Of a DNA stretch of 64,000 nt, positions 50,017 to 57,925 are shown one piece after another. Source of the stretch: a virus. A program made the position numbers and the translations under genes. Within the stretch, counting starts at the first letter, position 1. The number at the start of each line of letters is the position of its first letter. A model generated the notes under the pieces. It saw only the letters and a list, made by a program, of their open reading frames with translations, was not told where the DNA came from and searched no databases. The stretch spans positions 64,001 through 128,000 of IMG/VR virus record IMGVR_UViG_3300026521_000466; one strand, 5' to 3'.

Positions 50017-50477
50017 AAGAGAATGGCGAAGAAACTTCCCATCCTTTCATTAATGCGGAGACTATATACGGTCATAAACAGATTATTTATGGTAGTAGCG
50101 CTAACCTTAATCAAATACCACTCTTTGCAGATGTATTAAGAACCAATGTGGATAACTATACGGATCTTAATATTGTGAAGAGGGCATCGTATAGACGAAT
50201 ATATGGTGAGATCAAAGAGAGTGAATTTTATAAAAAACTCTACCCTATCATGCAATCCAAGCTATTGGATTTGGGATATAACAAGACAAGGTATGAGATG
50301 ATGGAAATGTTTGTAATAAACAATATGCAAAAGAACTTAAATATTACATTTAAGGAGTTTATGGCACTTCCCATACTGGACGCTTTTGAGTTGGTGCACT
50401 ACACAATGAAGTTAAACAAAAAGATATTGGAATTGAAAAAGACAGGAACGCCAAATGAAAATGACAATATATACTGA
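49992..50477 (+). CDS. Downstream ORF, probably reached by -1 frameshift from the upstream gene
   Basis: Frame is open from 49977, 57 codons upstream of the annotated GTG at 50148, with no in-frame ATG or obvious RBS in that stretch; contains NITFKEFMALP. Confidence 0.55.
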   Translation, partial: YDSPYYAIKENGEETSHPFINAETIYGHKQIIYGSSANLNQIPLFADVLRTNVDNYTDLNIVKRASYRRIYGEIKESEFYKKLYPIMQSKLLDLGYNKTRYEMMEMFVINNMQKNLNITFKEFMALPILDAFELVHYTMKLNKKILELKKTGTPNENDNIY

Positions 50478-51078
50478 GATAGATACTCTGTTTGACACAA
50501 GACTCCCCATCGTGACAGAAGTTCACGATGTGGGAAAAAAGAGTTATATCAATAGGACAGATGACAATTTCGATTTTATCGGAGAAGATTCTTTTAAAAT
50601 ACTCTATAGTAAACGAGAGAGGTTTCATTTACATAAAGCAAAACCTACCCTTATGTTTGAAGAGATAGGTAATATGGCAAATAAAATGATTAAAGAGAAT
50701 GAAGGAGTTAGCATTGAGTTGATTCTAAACATTTATCCTTATGAATTAATGCCTGTTGAAATATGTAACTTTATGGAGCTATTAGAAGAAACATATCCAT
50801 TTTGCAAAATCACCATAGCTGATATAAAACCAACATATGAAATATTAAGTCGATATAATGTAACAGTATGTTATACAGGGATAGAGTTGTTAGAGGATGC
50901 TTTTCGACACGGAGCTGATATACTATCATCTGATACGTCATTGGTCGTCCCTGCATTGGCTAGTCGGTATGCTAATGGTTTAGATATAGTGAATGGCTTC
51001 AAGGCAACCATGAAAGAGTTTGAACCAATAATAAACTTAGTTTACTACGATGCGATATATTGGTCTCATTATGAATAA
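50455..51078 (+). CDS. Conserved chimallivirus protein
   Basis: IDTLFDTRL and LNIYPYEL motifs. Confidence 0.65.
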   Translation: MKMTIYTEIDTLFDTRLPIVTEVHDVGKKSYINRTDDNFDFIGEDSFKILYSKRERFHLHKAKPTLMFEEIGNMANKMIKENEGVSIELILNIYPYELMPVEICNFMELLEETYPFCKITIADIKPTYEILSRYNVTVCYTGIELLEDAFRHGADILSSDTSLVVPALASRYANGLDIVNGFKATMKEFEPIINLVYYDAIYWSHYE

Positions 51079-51168
51079 TATATTTATATGACTATAAATG
51101 TTATGTAGTCAAAAATACCTATGATATGGTATTTGCAAATATCAAATTAACACAATAAAGGACATTTT

Positions 51169-52479
51169 ATGTTTACACTTAAATCTATGGTAACGGCTGC
51201 GGCTGAGCCAAATCTCGAAAGCCATCAACAAGACGATGGTGCAAAAGCATTTGTAACTGGTTATGAAGCTGGTATGATGGACGCTCAAGTTGAGCAAGGA
51301 TTCTCTCTTCTTTCTGAAGCATGTGATGATATGGACAATATGAGCGAAGCAAGAGCAATTGTTGCAAGTAACCTTGAAAGCGGAACTGTTACAAATGAAC
51401 TGCAAGAAGCATACCAATCTGTAATGTATCGCATGGAAGGTAAATATGGAATCACTGGTCTTGGTGATGTAAACCTTGAAAGTGGAGAAGCTGTAAAAGG
51501 ATTCTTGAAAAACCTCGCTGCCGGCGCTGCACAAATCATTGCTAAGATCACTGCAATGGCTAAAAAAGTATGGCTTAACTTCTCTGCATGGCTTGCTACT
51601 TCTGACGACAAAGTTAAATCTCTGAAGAAGAAACTTGAAAAAGCAAAAGAAGAAGGAAAAGAATTCAGAATCAAAGGTGAGAAAAAAGCCGATCAATTTG
51701 CTACAATAGTTGCAAAAGCAGAACTGGTTGTTCCAAGCGAAAGCCTAATATACCAAGGTGATGACAAATTCAAGACTGACGGCCTAAAACCTTCTGATGC
51801 TAAAACCGCCGTTGAAGCCGCACTTGCTGGCGAACTTGACACCAATGCAATTGCAGAAAATGGTAAATTGGGATATGCTAGACTAAATCTCCCAGTAGAA
51901 AAACTTGACATTTCAAATGAAAAAGATGAGTTCTTGTTGAAAGACAAAAATACAATAACATATCTTGTTGGAATGACTACAACTTCATTCTCTGTACTCG
52001 CTATAAACACTGAGTTTACCCCAGAAGATTCTACTGAAGATCCATTCTATGTTGCAAAACTAATCTCCTTTAACAGAGAAGTTGATATTGAAGGTGATCT
52101 GGATAAAACGAAAGAGGACCTCTTTGGTAAAACAAATATCGATGCTGATGAAGAAGTGAATGTGAAAAAAGATGATCTCCACGTTGAAAAGGTAATTACA
52201 CTATGTAATACTTTACCAAAAGCAAAAGATCTTCAGAACAGTATCAAAAAAGGTTTCAAAGGCCTTGATAAAACAGCAAAAGCTGTAGAAAAAACTTTCG
52301 GTAAAGTTGATGATTGGGAAGGTAAAGGTAAAGCTGCCGCTGCGAAGAAAACCGCATACGTTGCTGCATCCAGAGCACTCTACTCAAATGTAAAATGGAA
52401 ACTTGACGTTTACAGATCTACATTGGCAATCGTAGAGTTTGTTGCAGGTAACCTCTCCAAACCAACAGAAACCAAATAA
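51169..52479 (+). CDS. High-copy internal head protein (phiKZ gp93-97 paralogue-like)
   Basis: Three NLE/S motifs (E17, E70, E104) followed by an amphipathic helix; codon usage resembles the capsid gene. Confidence 0.7.
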   Translation: MFTLKSMVTAAAEPNLESHQQDDGAKAFVTGYEAGMMDAQVEQGFSLLSEACDDMDNMSEARAIVASNLESGTVTNELQEAYQSVMYRMEGKYGITGLGDVNLESGEAVKGFLKNLAAGAAQIIAKITAMAKKVWLNFSAWLATSDDKVKSLKKKLEKAKEEGKEFRIKGEKKADQFATIVAKAELVVPSESLIYQGDDKFKTDGLKPSDAKTAVEAALAGELDTNAIAENGKLGYARLNLPVEKLDISNEKDEFLLKDKNTITYLVGMTTTSFSVLAINTEFTPEDSTEDPFYVAKLISFNREVDIEGDLDKTKEDLFGKTNIDADEEVNVKKDDLHVEKVITLCNTLPKAKDLQNSIKKGFKGLDKTAKAVEKTFGKVDDWEGKGKAAAAKKTAYVAASRALYSNVKWKLDVYRSTLAIVEFVAGNLSKPTETK

Positions 52480-52498
52480 TACCATATCCAGGTATATT

Positions 52499-52520
52499 CA
52501 GTATGGCTCATGCCATACTG
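52499..52520 (+). terminator. Terminator hairpin
   Basis: CAGTATGGC-tcat-GCCATACTG followed by a T-rich tail. Confidence 0.6.
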
Positions 52521-52625
52521 GATACTATCTTTTAATTGTTTTATATTCCGTTGTTTATATTCTTTTTATATTGAAATATACACTAAACTGATTTTCTATG
52601 ATTATACTATAAAAAGGGAATAACT

Positions 52626-53603
52626 ATGTTTAATATTAAAGAAATGGTTAAAGATTATAAAGGACAGGAATACTTTGAACCAAACTATAATTTAGAAGAT
52701 GATGCTGAAAAATATATGAGTGACACAGAAGATATAGCCAAACACTGTTTTGACAGATCTACACTTGGTGATATATATATGTCTCTTAAAGACGTTAACA
52801 TGGAAGGATTTGTAAAAAACACAGCAGATATTATCAAGAGTCTATGGATACGATTTAAAGAGATGTTGTCTAAAATACTCAATGTTGTAAAAAAAGCATG
52901 GTTGCGAACAGTGATCTTCTTTGCAAAAAAAGATAAAGAGTTAACAAGGTATAAAGAAAGAGCCGGTAAAGCTATTATGATAGAGAGCACGAATAAGAAT
53001 GCGCTGAAGGACCTCTTACAAAATTATGGTTTCAACTATAAATTAGGATTTATAACAAACGCAGACGTTGACTCAAGTGCATTGCATACAGATAAAGACT
53101 ATGATAGAATACGTGATATCATCAAGTATGTAAAGAAACCAAAATCTAAAACAGTAGATTATCTTATGGGGAAAAGCAATGCCTCTTTTATCGCTATTGA
53201 TAAAGATGCTGTATACTTGACATCAATAAGTAAAGAATCAAATAACGAAAAGTATGCTAGTATGTATAAAGAGATTGTGGATCATAAATATTATGATGAA
53301 GCAAAGAAAAAAATGTACAAAGATATTGACGATGGTGATATTACAGAAGGTGTTAAGAGTCTATTTGCAAATATTGAACCATTTGACATTATCAAAACAA
53401 AGCTTAACAAAGCATCATCTATGTTAGAAGGGTATGCCCATAGAATAGAAGCACTCATGAATGAGAATACAAGCGACACAAAGAGAGTACAGCTGCGTTA
53501 TGAGACGTATAATACTGAAGTAAAGTATATTTACTATACTATTAAGTATATGATACGCCAAACTAAACTTGGACTCAATATGGGCGAGTTACTATTTGAT
53601 TAA
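52626..53603 (+). CDS. Internal head protein paralogue
   Basis: NLE/D (E24) and NME/G (E60), then IIKSLWIRFKEML...KKAWLR, similar to the preceding gene. Confidence 0.65.
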   Translation: MFNIKEMVKDYKGQEYFEPNYNLEDDAEKYMSDTEDIAKHCFDRSTLGDIYMSLKDVNMEGFVKNTADIIKSLWIRFKEMLSKILNVVKKAWLRTVIFFAKKDKELTRYKERAGKAIMIESTNKNALKDLLQNYGFNYKLGFITNADVDSSALHTDKDYDRIRDIIKYVKKPKSKTVDYLMGKSNASFIAIDKDAVYLTSISKESNNEKYASMYKEIVDHKYYDEAKKKMYKDIDDGDITEGVKSLFANIEPFDIIKTKLNKASSMLEGYAHRIEALMNENTSDTKRVQLRYETYNTEVKYIYYTIKYMIRQTKLGLNMGELLFD

Positions 53604-53614
53604 AAAAAGATACA

Positions 53615-53642
53615 CTCTGTAGGAGCATGTGCTCCTACAGAG
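53615..53642. terminator. 13-bp hairpin with TG spacer at a convergent junction
   Basis: CTCTGTAGGAGCA-tg-TGCTCCTACAGAG. Confidence 0.7.
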
Positions 53643-54213
53643 ATGTTTTAATCTCAGTGACGTCTTCTCCACTATTTATCTTTTTACAATATGCTGTATA
53701 AACATCTTGTAACATAAGATAGTCGCTTATAGACAATCCTCCTGTTGGAGATGTATAGAAGCCACCCTCATGATCTGGTGTGGATCTACCTGCGTGTATC
53801 TCTTTATAATCTATGGTATCTTTAATATCTTCCACTGCACCATAGTCAAAATCAAATCCAGCAATAACCTGATCTTCTTTTGCCTTGTACATTTCATCAA
53901 GATACATAAGTCCATAAACCATATCCTCTGTAGGGTCGTAGAACTCTTCTAATAACTCAGGCATATATAGATCAAGAGTAAATATCTCTTCATAAATACC
54001 TGTTATATCATCATAGACATCATCTACAAGTTGTAGATACTCGTCTGATTCATAGAAGTCCACTACTCTCCTTGTATCAATCCATGCATCTCGCCCCATG
54101 TCATTCAGCATACTACTGAACTTATCCATGCCGGAGCTCAATGATGAGATGTCCACCACCCTTCCCTCACGTTGTGCAAAGGCTTGATAGTTTAAATAGG
54201 ATGTATCTGCCAT
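53635..54213 (-). CDS. Conserved acidic protein downstream of nvRNAP beta'-N
   Basis: M...LM....Y....DQ...GF...DY..I..G...LS..D...ED.T pattern; synteny. Confidence 0.6.
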   Translation of the reverse strand: MADTSYLNYQAFAQREGRVVDISSLSSGMDKFSSMLNDMGRDAWIDTRRVVDFYESDEYLQLVDDVYDDITGIYEEIFTLDLYMPELLEEFYDPTEDMVYGLMYLDEMYKAKEDQVIAGFDFDYGAVEDIKDTIDYKEIHAGRSTPDHEGGFYTSPTGGLSISDYLMLQDVYTAYCKKINSGEDVTEIKTSL

Positions 54214-54215
54214 AT

Positions 54216-55658
54216 TTATCCTTTCAGTAGTTTCTCTTGTTGATATATTGCATTAGAGATTGTCATAGTGGTAATATCAGGCACAGCTACTTTTCCGAAA
54301 ACTTCACCTGGAGATGACGCACAACTTAATGATGTATTATGCGGCTTAAATACACTAAACATATCTGCTAACTTCTTATCTAGTGGAAGCGCTATATTAA
54401 GTTGGTCACCGTCAACATCGGCATTTGGTAAAGGCATAACCATTAAAGACATACTCAGAGTCTCATCATAAACATTCTCCTTCACATATGTGATACGTTG
54501 AAGTAGTTCGGATGCATTGTTCTGCGATGGATTTCGTTGCAATAGTGCAGGTATACCATCTCCGGATTCCTTTAAGAGTATTTGTATCACATCCCATATT
54601 ACATCCACCTTTTTAATCTCAGCTTCAAACAGAAGATCGGTGATCTCATTATATGAATAGTTCATGCGATTATACATAATATTTATTATGTGTAAACGTA
54701 ATACTACAATAGCTATCTTCCACGGTATGTGAAGCTCATCTATCTCATGCTTTCCTACAATAGGAGTAAGTACAGCTCTAAATGAGAAGTGAGCTCTAAA
54801 TCCATAGAGATTCTTTCTCCACAACCCACTCTTTGAAGAGAGTAAATCATTGGTTATTCCAAGGTCGGCGTTTGCTAGTAATGAAATGATACGACCTGTA
54901 ATCTTTTCATTATACTCTTTTTTATTTAAGTCTTTATACCTAATGTAGAGCAGTGCAGTATTGACAACCTCTGTAAGATACCCTTGGATAAATTGGCCTT
55001 TATTTGTCTTCTCCTGGATTACAAACCTCCTGTTTGGAAGGGGGAGTCTATCAGATAGAATAGTCTCCTTATGATTTCTATAGACATCTATGAGCTTATT
55101 TATCCTAAGTCTCTTTTTCTTATCCGTGGTTACAGATGCAATTACGGAGAGTATCTTTACAAGGTTCTGTTGGAAGTACGTATAACTTCTTTCTAAACCA
55201 GTAATAGACTTTACTGCATTCATTACCCTGCTAGTCACTGCATTGAGACGAATGTTGTATCTCTTATTACTGAACCATGTGATAAGAGAGAAGTTCCCAT
55301 TTTGCAGGCCCAGTGTTTTATCCATCAGCAATATATAATGCGGAGAGATAAACTGTGGCATATTTGGAAATTTCTGTAACCAAGCAAAAGGCATATAGTC
55401 AGTATAGGCCTCTCTAACCTCTGTATTGCACGATTTACAGACGACACCTATATCTGCATTCTTCACCAACTCTCCGCAGTAGCAGGACGCTACAAGAGAG
55501 ATAACATCATCATTGATGGTAGTCTTGATCGCCTTCTCCAGTATCTCTCTATCTTTTTGACTATTGTAGTCAAGTTTGGCAATATCCAAAATAAGCGATG
55601 GGTCTATTGTATTGTATAGACTATCAATATCTGTCATTACAGCCTGTAACGATTTCAT
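54216..55658 (-). CDS. Non-virion RNA polymerase beta' N-terminal catalytic subunit (phiKZ gp55-56.1-like), uninterrupted
   Basis: Zn finger CYCG...CKSC, KSGLWRKN..G.R..FSFRAV, QRNPS, catalytic NADVDGD. Confidence 0.93.
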   Translation of the reverse strand: MKSLQAVMTDIDSLYNTIDPSLILDIAKLDYNSQKDREILEKAIKTTINDDVISLVASCYCGELVKNADIGVVCKSCNTEVREAYTDYMPFAWLQKFPNMPQFISPHYILLMDKTLGLQNGNFSLITWFSNKRYNIRLNAVTSRVMNAVKSITGLERSYTYFQQNLVKILSVIASVTTDKKKRLRINKLIDVYRNHKETILSDRLPLPNRRFVIQEKTNKGQFIQGYLTEVVNTALLYIRYKDLNKKEYNEKITGRIISLLANADLGITNDLLSSKSGLWRKNLYGFRAHFSFRAVLTPIVGKHEIDELHIPWKIAIVVLRLHIINIMYNRMNYSYNEITDLLFEAEIKKVDVIWDVIQILLKESGDGIPALLQRNPSQNNASELLQRITYVKENVYDETLSMSLMVMPLPNADVDGDQLNIALPLDKKLADMFSVFKPHNTSLSCASSPGEVFGKVAVPDITTMTISNAIYQQEKLLKG

Positions 55659-55688
55659 TTTTTCTCCTTTTTCTGTTTGGTTACACTT

Positions 55689-55698
55689 TAATAATATA
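55689..55698 (-). promoter_or_regulatory. Early promoter motif
   Basis: TATATTATTA about 30 nt upstream of the beta'-N start. Confidence 0.7.
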
Positions 55699-55708
55699 TA
55701 AATAGTAA

Positions 55709-57832
55709 TTACTCATATGTATCTTTTATCAAAATACCATCTCTTTTATTTACTCCCAACAAAGAAGCTACCATATAGATAGGTGACAACATATCTTCTA
55801 CAGCTCTTACTCTATCATATATATCAAGTATCTCTTTTGGGAGTCCATTGTTTTTTATAATATCATAAGGGAGTAGAAAATTGGTATATTTAAATCTTTT
55901 GTTTCTTTTGTTGAAGTTTTCAAATTTGGCAGCCAGTGATTTGTCTTCCATATTATTTAGGTAGTTTGTACACTTTGATTTCTTATCAATACTAACATTG
56001 ACTTTCAGTGCAAGGTACGGCGGTTCTAGAACAGGGCCGTATTTATCTGCAAACACATCCCTCCATAACTTATAGTGTAAGAAGTTATTTGCATCTTCTC
56101 CATCCTTATATGTTTCAGCAGCATTGATATTAGAGAATTTACATGCTCCCACAGGATCTTCTTCTATAATGTTAAGTACAGCATTTTCCAGGTAGACTAT
56201 TTTATCAATAACCGTTCTAAGATCAATCCTTTTACCAGACTCCAATGAAGTAACAATGTACTCGACCAATTTATCCTTTTCATCATTAAACGCTTTAAGG
56301 ATATTACCCGCAATAAGATTCACACCATGATATCCAAGTTCCATGTCTTTCATAATAGACATCTCTTTTACAAGAGTGTTTTCTATATAGTGTTTAGAGG
56401 CATGTGTTGGAAGGAATGATGAAAAGAAATACTCTGATTTCATATCTATATCACCTATACGGTCTTTATCAATATTCATATTGACACCTAATAACATCAA
56501 TATATTACGAATAGTCTCAGATACAAATATACCTGCCGCTGCTGCATACCCTACTGTTTTATCATTTACTACATAGAGGCCAAACCTCTCTTTAATATAG
56601 TGCGTGTATGTTGATACTGTTGAATCAGTGTCTGAAAGAATAATGATTCTTCTATTGGCCAGCTTTATTTTTGAAACATTGGGAGGAACTACTTTTGATT
56701 TAAAGAACGCATTTACCAATGGTGTAATTGCTTCCATAGTGCGGTCTATATTCTTCATTGTTCCCGTTACTTCTCTGCCTAGCTGCGTGTCTTTATATTT
56801 ATAAAGATCTTTATCTTTTCCGCGCAGTTGCTTTATCATAACGTGATAGAGTAGATTAAGTTTATAGTCAGATGATTTATATACATAGTCGATATCAGCA
56901 TCAGCCTCTTTAACAGATGAAAGAGTACTTAACATATCCTCTATAAACTCTTTATTCAGTTTATGTAAATGGTATAGGTCGAATGTGTAATAGACAGACA
57001 TTCTTTCCAACTCATCAAGTGTCTCTATATAGTTATATATGATTTCAAAATACTTTTTATTTCTCCAATAGTAGTTGCTGTTATAGAGTACCAATAATGC
57101 AATGTCTTTTACAGTAGGTACTTTTAAAGAATAAACCTCTTTAGCTTTCTGTATAGCTCCCCTATCCATATAGGTCACTAATGCATTTAAATGCCTCAGA
57201 ACGTCCTCTGGAGTATAGTATAGGCGTGTTCCTGCGACAATAGACTCACTGATCGTATTTGCTGTACTGGTAAATATTCTGGTAGTAGATGTCAATGCAT
57301 AGTGACTAGAATGGTGTGACAGAGGATATTTTTTCAATGCGTACATTCCGGAAAGTGAATTATTTTTTACTTTCTTAGCTACCTGTAATGTACCATAGAT
57401 AATTGTATTGGTCTCATCGCCTGCATCATAATACTCTTTTGCTTTTTTCTTAAATACAGATCTCTCTTTTTTATTCACATCAGTCCACACACTGTGTACC
57501 GAGTCCCACTTATTTCCCTCATAATCAACTTTTGTATAACAACTGAATGATGGAGCTATAGTTAATTTATCCCTCTGTATAGTTTTGACATAGGTACTTA
57601 ACCCCACTATAGTCTCTTCTCTATCCAGTGTTTTTAAATCCTTTTGATCTATAACTATCTTTCTCTCTTTAAATTTATCCTTAAATATCTTAACAGCTAC
57701 TTCTCTTGCCTTCTCTTTTCCTATTCCTTTTTTCTTCATGATATAGGTGGTAACTTGCTCCACCCATCCGGATATATAGTCCAGATCAAAATCATACTCT
57801 TCAAACTCTTTTACAAAAGGATTAATGCTCAT
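55709..57832 (-). CDS. Split family-B DNA polymerase: palm/fingers/thumb subunit (phiKZ gp50-like)
   Basis: NPF, R...KK, motif B Q..KK.KNNSLSG, LTSTTR, motif C SDTDST, MKSE.F, KHY. Confidence 0.9.
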   Translation of the reverse strand: MSINPFVKEFEEYDFDLDYISGWVEQVTTYIMKKKGIGKEKAREVAVKIFKDKFKERKIVIDQKDLKTLDREETIVGLSTYVKTIQRDKLTIAPSFSCYTKVDYEGNKWDSVHSVWTDVNKKERSVFKKKAKEYYDAGDETNTIIYGTLQVAKKVKNNSLSGMYALKKYPLSHHSSHYALTSTTRIFTSTANTISESIVAGTRLYYTPEDVLRHLNALVTYMDRGAIQKAKEVYSLKVPTVKDIALLVLYNSNYYWRNKKYFEIIYNYIETLDELERMSVYYTFDLYHLHKLNKEFIEDMLSTLSSVKEADADIDYVYKSSDYKLNLLYHVMIKQLRGKDKDLYKYKDTQLGREVTGTMKNIDRTMEAITPLVNAFFKSKVVPPNVSKIKLANRRIIILSDTDSTVSTYTHYIKERFGLYVVNDKTVGYAAAAGIFVSETIRNILMLLGVNMNIDKDRIGDIDMKSEYFFSSFLPTHASKHYIENTLVKEMSIMKDMELGYHGVNLIAGNILKAFNDEKDKLVEYIVTSLESGKRIDLRTVIDKIVYLENAVLNIIEEDPVGACKFSNINAAETYKDGEDANNFLHYKLWRDVFADKYGPVLEPPYLALKVNVSIDKKSKCTNYLNNMEDKSLAAKFENFNKRNKRFKYTNFLLPYDIIKNNGLPKEILDIYDRVRAVEDMLSPIYMVASLLGVNKRDGILIKDTYE

Positions 57833-57897
57833 TGGAATTTCCTTATTATTTTATTCCCTTATCATTAATATTTGTCAAAATAAAAAAGTTATCACAC

Positions 57898-57915
57898 CAT
57901 GGGATTAATCCCATG
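57898..57915 (-). terminator. Terminator after chimallin
   Basis: CATGGGA-ttaa-TCCCATG plus a T-tract on the minus strand. Confidence 0.6.
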
Positions 57916-57925
57916 ATGTAATGTG

